DNA of 64,000 bases from Candidatus Methanomethylicia archaeon (GCA_038845975.1 JAWBQF010000003.1:64001-128000); one strand, 5' to 3'; counted from the first letter of the stretch, positions 33,142 to 44,090 are shown. Translations and numbers: made by a program. The notes: a model not told the origin generated them from the letters alone.

Positions 33142-34536
33142 CTATATCTTGCTTAGAGCTCTTCTTAATGTTTCCCTGTATAGTGGTGTTTTGCCAAGCA
33201 TGCTTTCTTCCTAAACGATCTCTAGGTCCAGCTTCGCCTTACCATAATCTAAAGGTACTCCACCCTTATAAGCATATTATTTTCCACTAAGATATCCTCA
33301 ATCTTAGCCATATTTCTTGTTATTTTTCCCATTATGTTATCTAAATCCTCAATAAGCTTCCACATAAGATCACATAGCCACTTAACATAATGCTTCACTC
33401 TATCTAACCCTATAGCTCTAACAATATCGTCTATAGCAATAAGAATGTATCTATCTCTAAGATTCTTTCTAAAAGCTTTCTCAGCAATTCTATCGATAAT
33501 TAGCGAAATAGGTCTTAATAATGCATGACCAAGCAGAGTATTTTGCTGGAGGAGATCCATGATGCTTCTAAACCAATTTTGGAAATATCAATTAGCATAG
33601 ATGATGTTAAAGACTTCCTAACATCTTTATCCTCAAGAGCATCAATATATACTACTACACCATCCATAAAGAAATCATTAAACCTCCTAACAAACTCTCT
33701 TAAAAGCCTAGTTTTACCACATCTCTCAGGACCATATATGTGGAAAGATATAGTTCTAAATCGACTACAATACTCATTTAAAGCTTTAAGCTCTCCAATT
33801 CTGGCTTTGTTAACTTTAGCTTTATTTGGGTCTTCCTTATTTATGGTGATGGTATGTCTAAAGTTGTTAGGTTTTGTTAGGAAGAGAACTCTATTTACTC
33901 TAGTTGTTTACCAATTATATATTCGTTCATCTAGGATGGCTTTAGATATCCTACTTTATTGTTGTTAGGAGTTATGTATCTATATTATAATGGTTTAGAT
34001 CTTTAAGCTTCCTATTCAAATTTGGTAGGAGGGTTAGAATTTTATAGTTGATGATACTATTATAAGTTAGGCTCTATGAGGAAGATTGTTTATGTTGCTT
34101 TTAAGCCATTATTAAGAAAAATTCTATATGTATGGGTTTGTGATGTTACAAGTATGCTTACATCACTAACATTAAAAGATTAGAGCTATCTATGGTTCTA
34201 ATATAATTGTATTAAGTGATGGTGTTCATTATTATAAGGCATCATGTAGAATATTGAATTTAAAGCATAATAAAGTATTTAAAAGTTAGAATTAGTGGAG
34301 GGAATTATACAATACATTAGGATAGATAAACTATCAATAATTAATACCGTGTATGAAGGATAAGTGTGATGGTGAACATGTATTAATTCTTATGAAGTCA
34401 ATAGTATAGCTAAACGAACATGGATTAATAAGAAGATAAAAGCTAAGAATTCTAGAAACACAATACCAAAATAGAGGTAATAAAATGTTTAAGTTAACAA
34501 AGCCCTAATTCTATCAATAAATCTTATATTCTCCAT
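33142..34536 (-). pseudogene. Archaeal P-loop ATPase pseudogene interrupted by IS6 copy C
   Basis: Removing the IS rejoins MENIRFIDRIGELKAL...YGPERCGKT (Walker A); Walker B ILIAIDD lies in ORF 33249-33560; further frameshifts. Confidence 0.8.
33803..34504 (+). mobile_element. IS6-family element, copy C (frameshifted)
   Basis: Perfect TIRs; target duplication CCAATTCT/CTAATTCT (7/8). Confidence 0.9.
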
Positions 34537-34709
34537 TACTCATCCTAATTAAAGCATGATATAGTATTGATAAACTAAATATTTTCCTCAATGAAGACAT
34601 TAACCCCAATATGAAGTATGGGAACATCATATATTTAAATATCTTCTAAATCATAAACCCTCATTTTTTAAATATAGACTTTGCAACTCTAAGTTAAAAT
34701 AGAACTCAT

Positions 34710-34788
34710 CTGAAAACTCTTTAGATGTTGTTAAGACTTAATTAAGTTAATAATTTAACTATAAATTAATTATGGAGTTTTCAGGCAG
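34710..34788. repeat. Possible ~80-bp mini-MITE
   Basis: CTGAAAACTC / GAGTTTTCAG inverted repeat, with ACTCAT direct repeats at 34704 and 34789. Confidence 0.35.
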
Positions 34789-35372
34789 ACTCATAAAGTA
34801 TACTAAAACCTATTTAAGCTCTCTAGAAACCCTATTGAAAAGGCTTTAAATAGCCTCTAAAACTGCTCATATCAGAAATATGATTCTAATACAAAACGTA
34901 CTAATTATGGAAGATTAAAATACATAGGGTAGACATAATCTCTCTTTTAATATTTGAATAGTTTATACATCTTATAATCTACAACCATCTATCCCTATGA
35001 TTACTATAGCGATTAGTAGATACTGTAAGAAGTATACGGCTAGCTCACTAATCTATTTACATGAACTCTTAAATATTGAGGAGACTGCTAATAACTTTCC
35101 ATCTGTATTATGAGGAGCTTCTTCTCTACTACATTACTATTACGTGTACTCTAGACCTAGCAGCTTAGGAAGGAAGCTATAGTAAATAAGTTACATGCCG
35201 AACTTCTACAATACATTTATAGTTCTTCAATATAGTGTAGCTGTCTACATATCCCATAGATTGATTTGTAAGCTGGAGTTTTAATAGTTTCATTATTCAT
35301 GTTATCATATCAGGTATATTTTCCATGTTTGTAATACAAATATTTATAGGGAGTAAGCTACTTATACTATTT

Positions 35373-35531
35373 GGGTGTGAGCAAGCTTAAGCCAGATAAC
35401 TGGCTAAGCTTAACAGTTTACCTTAAGATTATGGGTTTGAAGGATCTATGGGAAACCATAGATTCTAGAACTCAGTCTTAAGGTAGATTGTTAAGATTTA
35501 GTTAAGTATTTGGCTTAGGCTTAGAACACCC
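35373..35531 (+). ncRNA. Candidate 159-nt rod-like structured RNA (or fold-back element)
   Basis: Both ~77-nt arms pair end to end around a GAAA loop (35452-35455); mismatches are mostly G-U compatible on +; TTTATA at 35343. Confidence 0.55.
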
Positions 35532-35538
35532 ACTAATT

Positions 35539-36726
35539 CTATAATTTATGATGGATTGAATGTGTAAATGTTATGGTTGTATTAGTGAATGGGCAGAGTG
35601 GATCAGCTTCGAAAATGTTTCCTGTAAGTAGATATGCTCTTGATCTACATCCTCCACAGTTTTCTCTATGAATACATGATTTACATGGTTTCTCCAGATT
35701 TTCCCTATTACGTAGCTTAGCTAGTATCCTATTTCCCCTCCATATTTTTATAGCAGGCTCCTTAATTATGTTTCCAATACCTATCTGTAGGAAGACACAG
35801 GGCCATACTTCACCATACCATTTAACGTAGAACATTCCTCTTCCAGCTATACATCCATGAAATAGCTTGCTATCTATTTTCCTAGATAGATATGCAAAGT
35901 ATTCAGGTAAACCTATAGGAACTACTAAGGCGTTAAGGTTTCTCTGTATGCTTACTGTTGTTTGGATTACTTTTAGGATTTCATTTTTACTTAGCATTTC
36001 ACTATTTATGTTTAAACCTCTACCGAATGGTTGGAATTGGTAGAGAAGTATTACATGTGCTCCAAGTCTATCTGCTAGGTATAGTAGGCTTGGAAGCTCG
36101 TGAAGATTTAGTTTTGAAACGGTAATGTTAACCTGTAGGTAAAGTTTCTCTTTCAAGCTGTTTTTAATACCCTCCATCGTCTTAATCCATGTTCCAGGTA
36201 CTCCTCTAAAGTAGTCGTGGAGTTGTGGCTCAATAAAATCTAAACTTACAGCAACACCAGCAACCCCCTTCTTGGAGAGTTCTTTAGCTATGTTCTCGGA
36301 TATTAGGGTTCCATTAGTTGCTATTACTGTTTCGAAACCGTAGCTTCTAGTATAGTCTATTATTTCAATTATGTTATTATTCATTAATGGATCCCCCCCA
36401 GTTAAAACAAGCATTTTAAACTCAGGTACTGTAGCTATTGAATCTATCATTTTAAATATGTTTTCTAGAGGTGGATCCATTTTTACTTCTCCTCCCCTCA
36501 CCTCGCAATGTATACATTTCATATTGCACCTATTTGTAATCTCCAATACTGGATGCGGGGGATAGCCGAAGCATCCAGCTCCATATGCTCCAGCAGCAAC
36601 TTTAAACAGTTTGTTTAGAGAGAGTATCCATCTACTCATCCTCCATCCAGTAGCTCTTCTAAAAGTTAGAGCAGTAGATATCTGTTTAAAGCTGAGAGCT
36701 AGCTCAGATAGATTGTGGAGACGCAT
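35539..36726 (-). CDS. Radical SAM/SPASM protein
   Basis: CNMKCIHC, TGGDPL, GCIAGRG..VWPC and CKSCIHRENCGGCRSRA..DPLC. Confidence 0.88.
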   Translation of the reverse strand: MRLHNLSELALSFKQISTALTFRRATGWRMSRWILSLNKLFKVAAGAYGAGCFGYPPHPVLEITNRCNMKCIHCEVRGGEVKMDPPLENIFKMIDSIATVPEFKMLVLTGGDPLMNNNIIEIIDYTRSYGFETVIATNGTLISENIAKELSKKGVAGVAVSLDFIEPQLHDYFRGVPGTWIKTMEGIKNSLKEKLYLQVNITVSKLNLHELPSLLYLADRLGAHVILLYQFQPFGRGLNINSEMLSKNEILKVIQTTVSIQRNLNALVVPIGLPEYFAYLSRKIDSKLFHGCIAGRGMFYVKWYGEVWPCVFLQIGIGNIIKEPAIKIWRGNRILAKLRNRENLEKPCKSCIHRENCGGCRSRAYLLTGNIFEADPLCPFTNTTITFTHSIHHKL

Positions 36727-36727
36727 T

Positions 36728-37645
36728 TCAGCACCCTACAATATATCCTAGAGATAGGAGAAGAGATGCTGAAATGAATAGTATAAGTGTTCCACTCATA
36801 GCCGGTATAAGTCTTCTAGAATTTACATACTCCCTACTTAAAATCATACAGTTCCTAATAGCTAACGGTATTGTAGCTAGTACGATTAGACTTGCTGAAG
36901 GCATAACTCTACAGGTAACACCTACCATTACGATTAAATATGTTAAGCCTACTAGGAGGTAATAGATGTATTTTGCTCTCTCCCTTCCAATCCTAACAAC
37001 TAGGTTTAGCTTCCCAGCTTTTCTATCAGCTTCATAGTCTGGGAACTCATTAATCCATATAACTAGGGTTATGAGAATACCTGGTATAAGTGAGGAAATT
37101 ATTACCTCCCTTAATAGTAGGCTTAACGTCTGTACATAGAAGCTTCCTAATACTATTAATGGACCGTAAGATAACCCTATGAGAAACTCTCCAATCCCTC
37201 TATAAGCCCACATAAACGGAGGAGTACAATATAAAGCTCCAGTAAATATGCCTAGAAGCATCAAGACCAATACTGGGAAGCCACAAATCAAGGTTAAATA
37301 TAAGCCTATAGCTATAGCAGCCATATAGAAAATAAAGCCAGCCTTAAATACTGTTTTAGGATTTAAAAGCCCTAATGGAAGCATACGGCTACCAGCATTA
37401 AATGGAGTAATGTCTTTTTCATCAACAATAATATCCACTCCACTTCTCCAGTCAAAGTACTCGTTAAATGTATAGCATCCAGCCATAGCTAAAGAAACCC
37501 CGAGAAAAGTTAGGAGGAAAACATGTATGTTAAGGACTTTATAGTAGTAGTATGCTAAGCAGGTCCCTAAAATTATTGATGGAATACCTGCAAGGAAAAA
37601 CTTAACCCTAACTACATTAATCCATGGCTTAACATAACCAGACAT
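36728..37645 (-). CDS. UbiA-family prenyltransferase (MenA-like)
   Basis: NEYFDWRSGVD and NEFPDYEADRKAGK Asp-rich motifs; multi-TM. Confidence 0.88.
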   Translation of the reverse strand: MSGYVKPWINVVRVKFFLAGIPSIILGTCLAYYYYKVLNIHVFLLTFLGVSLAMAGCYTFNEYFDWRSGVDIIVDEKDITPFNAGSRMLPLGLLNPKTVFKAGFIFYMAAIAIGLYLTLICGFPVLVLMLLGIFTGALYCTPPFMWAYRGIGEFLIGLSYGPLIVLGSFYVQTLSLLLREVIISSLIPGILITLVIWINEFPDYEADRKAGKLNLVVRIGRERAKYIYYLLVGLTYLIVMVGVTCRVMPSASLIVLATIPLAIRNCMILSREYVNSRRLIPAMSGTLILFISASLLLSLGYIVGC

Positions 37646-38125
37646 AAAGCTAACTAATAATTAAGCTTAAAAATTTTTCCAAACTAGCTAAGCTTTGTAA
37701 ATATTCATCATTTCTAACAGTATTCTCATCAAGCTTCAATTTAAGATTTAGAATTAACTCTACAAATATTAAATCCATTTAACCATCAAGCTCACGAACT
37801 TAACAGTTAAATATATTTCATTTAATAAAGCCATAGCTTATAAAGCCTCTAATTAAACCTATTACTCCTAGTATAGGTTCTCCTAATGATAATATGTTCT
37901 AGCATAATTAAGTAATATGGGAAGCTAGGTTTTAAATCTACTAGGCTTAATACCTTTTTATCTGATTAAGGAATAATTATTAGTCGCTATGTGGGTTTAT
38001 AGATGTGAATTTCAGAATTAAGTTGTAAGCCTTAGATTTTGATGAGAATAAATCGTACAAGCATCTTTTTCCCATAGATATATCAAAGTAAACATCTTAC
38101 TTAAACTCTAATTTAACCCATAAAG

Positions 38126-38899
38126 TTAGCATTTAATGCTATCTCTTACAGTATGGTGTTGGAAGAATTTATTAGCTTCAATATATGATTCTTTAGTCCC
38201 TATATCCCACCAATAACCATCCAAAACATATCCATAAACAGATTCTCTTCTATGAAGCCACTCTATAAATCTCCCAGGCTGATCCTTCTCTAAGCCTTCC
38301 TCAACATATTCTTTAATTCTTGAAAGTATCCTCTTTGGAAATATGTAGATACATGTTCCTATAAGAGTTGTTCTTGGTTGCTGTGGTTTCTCCTCAAAAT
38401 CTATTATTCTACCCTCCTCATCAAGTAGGACTGTTGCATAATGCTTAGCTAAATCTCTATTCTTCACATCGTATAGAGCAACTATCGATGATGATTTCTC
38501 CCTATAGAAGTCAATAATCCCTTTAAGGCTAGTAGTAAACAAGTTATCTCCAGCTATAATTAAACAGTCACTATGAATATTTGATGTAATTTCAGCTAAT
38601 GCCTTTACAGCTCCAGGTTTCTCCTCCTCACATCGCGACTTATCAACAACAATCTCTACATATTGATAATTTTTAGTATTAAGCCACCTCCTAAAACATT
38701 CTTCAAATCTAAGATTTGTAGAAATAACAATACGCTCTACATCACCTACCAAATTCAACCTATCCAATATATATTCAATAATAGGCTTCCCAGCTATCGG
38801 TAGGAGGGGCTTAGGCTTATCCATAGTTAAAGGCCAAAGCCTCTTAGCATATCCTCCAGCTAAAATAATAGCTATCATCCTCCACCCCACAATAAGCAC
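38126..38899 (-). CDS. Sugar-1-phosphate nucleotidyltransferase
   Basis: ILAGGYAKRLWPLT, KPLLP, AGDN, FEEKP and WDIGT. Confidence 0.9.
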   Translation of the reverse strand: MLIVGWRMIAIILAGGYAKRLWPLTMDKPKPLLPIAGKPIIEYILDRLNLVGDVERIVISTNLRFEECFRRWLNTKNYQYVEIVVDKSRCEEEKPGAVKALAEITSNIHSDCLIIAGDNLFTTSLKGIIDFYREKSSSIVALYDVKNRDLAKHYATVLLDEEGRIIDFEEKPQQPRTTLIGTCIYIFPKRILSRIKEYVEEGLEKDQPGRFIEWLHRRESVYGYVLDGYWWDIGTKESYIEANKFFQHHTVRDSIKC

Positions 38900-39489
38900 C
38901 CAATTCCCTACTCCACTAAGTATTAAAAATCATACTTATAAATTCTTAAATATCTATTACATTGGCAATATGGAAAAGTATATACTACTTAGCCTAAAAT
39001 CATAGGTTGAAACTATTACCTCCCATATAAACTTCTCCAGTAAAATACTAAATTAAAATTAGGAGGATTTGCCTACGAGACCTCTCATGCTATTAATCTA
39101 GCAAGCATCTGAATCTGTAGCCATCATATCTCCAGTTATATTCCCTACTAAGCACATTAAAGCCAATCTCCATATTCCCCCTAAGTCTAACCAACTCAGC
39201 CTATGTTCCTTAGAATCCCATCATGTCTCTTAAATTCAGCTATAATATCCTTCCTTAACCTAGCGATTTCACTCCATATCTTAGCAAATTCTCCATCACG
39301 CCACTCATCTTTTATGGATTTCGCTGTTACTGTTTGAGTAAAGTTTAGTTTTTAGATGTTTCAGTTACTCCATGCTCTATTTGATCGTTAGCTTGTCTCT
39401 ACTGCTTCTTCAATGTTAAGCTCCTCAGTTAGTTTTAATGTTCCTCTACATTATTATGATTATTACTTGCATCCTATATTTATTTCTCA

Positions 39490-39830
39490 TATTTTAGGTA
39501 CTTCAACTATTCCACCTAGCAATGCAATCTATCCAGGCAATTTGTATTTCAACGTCGAATTCTCTGGATGTGAGTTCAAGCCTTCTAGTCATGCTCGCCT
39601 TGAGGAGGTGCATTCCGCTACGGGGATTGCAGATTTTCTTACTCATTAGTAGGCTGAATGCTATGCTTATGATGTGGTTTCCAATCCTGTGGAGGATGAG
39701 TATGTTTCACGATCTTTCTTAAGCCTACGGCCTCATCATGGTCTTCAGCATGCTTTAGGAGTTTTCAAACATCTTTGAAGTTGTAGGTGTAGGCAGCATC
39801 CATAACTAGCATGTAGTGGGTGGAAACCTT
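39490..39830 (-). pseudogene. GT2 glycosyltransferase remnant
   Basis: Minus-strand fragments YMLVMDAAYTY and HRIGNHIISIAFSLL..NPRSGMHLL..SREFDVEIQIA. Confidence 0.6.
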
Positions 39831-39849
39831 CTCTATGGCGGGTCTGATA

Positions 39850-40455
39850 GCTCAAGTTCTCTATGAAGCATGTTACTACTCCTGCTTATTGGCTACTCTG
39901 TCCAGGTTCATAGACATTAAACAATCTCAGTATAACGTATTTTAAGTCTTGCTTAGCATAGAATTTAATAAACTTCTCATACATTAGTTTTGTAAGGCCA
40001 TGGATAAAATTGAATTTAATTGATGATTTTCACTTATAGGTAGGATTTTAGGTTCACCATATACAGCTGTACTACTTAAATAGACCCTGTAAATCCTAAT
40101 TTAAAAATGGTTAAAATTGTAAGCTTAACACCACTATCTAGACATGCCTTAGCTACATTAGCTGTTCCAGCTACATTATTCCTGAAGTAGAGTATGGTCT
40201 TCCTCATTGATTCTTCTACATTTATTAGGTAGCTGTATGCACCACTACATTAACATCCTCTAGGGCTTTCTTCATAACATTGACATTTAATACATTACCT
40301 TTAAGGAAAGATACCTTATACATGCAGTCTTTTCCAAGCAAACCCCGCTGCTCTTTCAAGATTATCAAAGACTAAAACATCATAACCATAATTCTTCAGA
40401 AAATTGCTGTATTATACCCTATAAAACCCATACCACCAGTAACCAGAATATACAT
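39850..40455 (-). pseudogene. NAD-dependent epimerase (GalE-like) pseudogene
   Basis: MYILVTGGMGFIG, VFDNL, NVAGTANV, SSTAVYGEP and LRLFNVY, with frameshifts and stops. Confidence 0.8.
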
Positions 40456-41327
40456 AGTCAATACAGTATTTCTAAATTTATATTTATTTACTTGCTAGTT
40501 ACCCAAGTCTTTCAAAGCTTCTTTAATGATTAGTATTGCTTTAAACTTACTGATATTGGTTTTACTGAAATCACGTAGTTAAAGCTTTAATTTCTACAAT
40601 CACCTTACCATAATACTTGCTTATTATTCTATTTTCTGTTTTCTAGATGTTTCTTCTTGTTATTGTTAGTGTTATTATTACATACATATGTAACCTCCAT
40701 GTTTCAGGTTTTCACCATATTCCAATACGAATTTCCTAGCAAGATCTCTAAATTCTTCGGCTTCCTCAAGTATAATAGTATTACCCTCACTCTTCTCAAT
40801 ATATTCCTCTATCTTCTTTAACTCAACTCTAGATGATGGATTCAGCACGCTTAACTTAATGGTTCTTGTTACTAGCTTCCCCTATTAGGACCTCCTTAGA
40901 TTCATCCCTACTAACCCCTATGAACTAGAACTTGAAATTAACTTGCTTGAAGAAATCAATCATAGACATGACTCTTTTAAAGAATGTGTTCTGATTAAAA
41001 TCGATCTGTTTGACTTCTTTATCAACATGCTTCATAGAATTTTCCTCAGAACTCAGGAACTCTACATCCAGAAAGGATAGAGTTTCTAGTTCAAATTGTA
41101 GAGGTGAACTAGGAGCCTAAGCTCAGTAAGGTAAAACGGGATATAACAGTTTTTAAGTCGGTTCTAAACATTTCCACTTACCTAAACAGTTCCTCACAAA
41201 ACTTAACACCAGCAATAAATGAAAAGAATTAATGCAAAGAATCTTTTAATGTCTCTTAACAGATCTTGGGGATTTATGTAAAGTCGTGGAAAAATGTAGT
41301 GAAGATATTTAGATATGTTGTTGGACT

Positions 41328-41999
41328 TTACTCTACCTTCTTATAGCATAACCACCAATCTAGACACTTTATCTCCCCAGTTTTCTCTTGTTCTCTTCTT
41401 TTCCGGATCATATCTACCGTGTTTGCTGGTGGAACGATTACATTGTCGCCAATTATCTCATTGTTGGGCCAGTTGGCTGGTATAGCGTAGCCTTTATCAG
41501 CTATTTGAAGCGCTCTCACCATTCGGAGTATTTCATCCATGTTTCTGCCGAGCTCCATTGGATAATAAAGTATTGCCCTGACAATGCCTTTAGGGTCAAC
41601 TATGAAGACAGCTCTTACGGTCTGTGTTCCTGCAGCCTGCTTGTGACGCATACCTAATCTTGCAGATATTTCACCAGTATTGTCTGCAATTATTGGGAAC
41701 TTTATCTCTACGTTAAGCTTTTCCTTAATCCATTCTTCCCATTTTAAATGTGCGAAAACTTGGTCTATGCTTAATCCTATTAGCTCACATTGTAGCTTCT
41801 GGAATTCCTCATATCTTTTCTGGAATGCAACAAATTCTGTAGTGCATACTGGTGTAAAATCGGCTGGATGGCTGAAGAGAATAAACCACTTACCGCTATA
41901 ATCATCTGGAAGTTTAATCACACCCCTAGTGGTTCTAACCTCCATTTGAGGAAATCTATCACCTATTAACGGCATTTTATACTCTTCCATAAAAATCAC
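41328..41999 (-). CDS. Peroxiredoxin (archaeal Prx6-type)
   Basis: [21 protein letters not shown] and CLDWWLC. Confidence 0.95.
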   Translation of the reverse strand: MIFMEEYKMPLIGDRFPQMEVRTTRGVIKLPDDYSGKWFILFSHPADFTPVCTTEFVAFQKRYEEFQKLQCELIGLSIDQVFAHLKWEEWIKEKLNVEIKFPIIADNTGEISARLGMRHKQAAGTQTVRAVFIVDPKGIVRAILYYPMELGRNMDEILRMVRALQIADKGYAIPANWPNNEIIGDNVIVPPANTVDMIRKRREQEKTGEIKCLDWWLCYKKVE

Positions 42000-42365
42000 G
42001 TAGATTATATTATAATAAGCTATCTTATAAAGCTTGTGATCTAGCTAAACATCTTATACTTTTCACAAAATCGCTAAACACTTTTCATGATAATAATGAC
42101 GTATAAAGTTTGCTTGTGAGATTCTCTCTAAACTGTAAATTTATTCCAGTACTGTTATTACCATTAACCTAGTAAACGTGAAGTTAAGGAGTTGGGAAAA
42201 CTATAGATTTTCTACTTTCTCCTTTGCTAGCGGGTTTTCGATTATCTTGAGGATTTGTTCATGTCTAGATCGCTACATTTAACTTCTCCTATTAAAGTCT
42301 TATAAAAGATGTGGGGTGATAAAATTTTAGTAAGTGATTATTAACTGAAAAGTCGGGGTGTTTAA

Positions 42366-42776
42366 ATGCGGTTGTGGTTGATTCACCCTAAATATCTTGA
42401 TTGTAGGGGTTTGATTGCTGTTTGGAGAGAAGGCCTTTTAGCAAAGAAGGTTCTAGAGGGAAAAACTAGAGGCTATAGGAATCATCCGCAGCTTACAATT
42501 TTTAAATCATATGAGAAACCTATTGATTTGATTAATGCTTATTTGTTTCAAATTTATCTTGAAGCAAGGAGAAGAGGTTATTCCTTTGATTCTTCAAAAA
42601 TAGAGTTCCTGAATTTAAAAGAAGCTATAACCATTACAAAAGAACAATTGAAAATCGAGTTTCAGTTATTGCTGGAAAAGTTAAAGGTAAGGGATAAAAA
42701 GAAGTTTGAAGAAATAAAGAGCCTACAACTTGATAGTGTAGAGTCAAATCCTATCTTTAGAGTAGTTGAGAAATAA
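42366..42776 (+). CDS. Pyrimidine-dimer DNA glycosylase/T4 endonuclease V family protein
   Basis: MRLWLIHPKYLD..GLIAVWREGLLA, GYRNHPQL and EARRRGYSF. Confidence 0.85.
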   Translation: MRLWLIHPKYLDCRGLIAVWREGLLAKKVLEGKTRGYRNHPQLTIFKSYEKPIDLINAYLFQIYLEARRRGYSFDSSKIEFLNLKEAITITKEQLKIEFQLLLEKLKVRDKKKFEEIKSLQLDSVESNPIFRVVEK

Positions 42777-42879
42777 AGACTTTTAAATTATAGTTCAGAT
42801 AGTAAGGACAGAGTATTTATGGTTTAATTCTTAAATACTAATAGTTTACTTAAACAGTTGATGTGGGGGAGCAAATTAA

Positions 42880-43011
42880 ATAAGGAAAGCTGAAGAAATT
42901 GCTTTAAACAGTGGATATGAGCCTATAGAGCTTTACTGAATGACTAGCTTATATAACCTAAGGAAAATGATGAAAATGGAGAAATATTCAAGCATACTTT
43001 CAAAGATTTAG
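42880..43011 (+). pseudogene. 3' fragment of a paralog of the 1376-2065 gene
   Basis: Clear nucleotide similarity to 1931-2065 (CCTATAGAGCTTT, AAAATGATGA.AATGGAGAAATATT), with a stop codon. Confidence 0.8.
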
Positions 43012-43360
43012 TTTATAACTTAAGAATGGAGAGTTCAAAGTTTGGATAGCTGTTCTGTTACATGCTCTTAATTTCTTCATTGAATTCTATTGAAATGAAT
43101 GTCCCTCTATGAGTGTAAGAATCTCCTATCTCTAACCATCGGCAACACTACTTCTCCAAACCTCTCTCTAAATACATGGGTATTTAGAGAGTTTCCAAGC
43201 TTCCTCAGATAAACGTTAACTGTACCATCAGAACCACGTGCCCATATATTAATGCTTCACGTTTGGGTTAGTTAAGAGGTAACAGTACTTCTTGATGTGT
43301 ACAAGTACAACTATTAGATAAAGTCCTCAATAAAATTTCGGTTCTAAACCCAATTGGATG

Positions 43361-43434
43361 CGGGCCCGGTGGGACTTGAACCCACGACCATCGGCTCCGA
43401 AGGCCGACGCGCTTCCATACTACGCCACGGGCCC
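43361..43434 (-). tRNA. tRNA-Arg (TCG), intronless, CCA not encoded
   Basis: GGGCCCG acceptor stem; anticodon arm TCGGC-CTTCGGA-GCCGA; T loop GGTTCAAGTCC. Confidence 0.97.
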
Positions 43435-43454
43435 AATTTCTACATTATTTATTA

Positions 43455-43470
43455 GGTTTATATCTTTTCC
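43455..43470 (-). promoter_or_regulatory. BRE/TATA promoter of tRNA-Arg
   Basis: GGAAAAGATATAAACC on the minus strand ~25 nt upstream of the tRNA. Confidence 0.6.
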
Positions 43471-44090
43471 TGATAAGTAACTCCTAGATATTGATTGTTT
43501 ATTACGTGCTGTTTTTCTGAGTTTACCTATTTGATTTTGCTTTTGACTTAATCTTTTAGTTTTTCCTGTTTGTTATGAATTGATGTATTGTCGATGATGG
43601 GTCTATTAAGCATGATGTATCTCTTCTTAATCTTAGTTTATAGTTATGATGAGAAGATAAGCTTTACGAACTACCTAGATTAGTGGTTTCTAAGTTTATG
43701 GATGTATATGTTAGGTTCTAGCTATTGTATGCTACCTGTTCATAGCCTTGCAGTCCTGAAGGCTTTACTGGAATGCTTAATTCTACTCATAAGCTTCCAT
43801 TAATAGATGTTGATTAGAGGCTTAGACTTGATTTATTGCTTACTATATTTATCTCTAGTAACTGTTGTAGTAGTGTAGGTATTGTATATGTATGTTAAAA
43901 GATATATGATGTAGACAATACATAAAATATGCTTTATAGTAAACATTAAGGCTGGAGAGGTTGTAGCCATCATGCTGGCTCTATGAATTCTAGATTTGGA
44001 AACAGTATGTGTTAATGGTCCAAGTTCATAAGGCATCATGTTAATAGATTAAATTTATTAGTTAGTAATTTAATTCTGGCTGGTATCTGT

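Noticed and set aside
33525-33968. 147-aa + strand ORF
   Set aside because: Chimera of the ATPase pseudogene antisense strand and the IS6 left end.
40570-40885. TnpB-like N-terminus (LVTRTIKL) on the minus strand
   Set aside because: No RuvC or Zn-finger motifs recoverable; too weak to call.
41158-43349. Direct repeat TCGGTTCTAAAC at 41158 and 43338 as att sites
   Set aside because: Only 12 bp, outside the tRNA, and plausible by chance.
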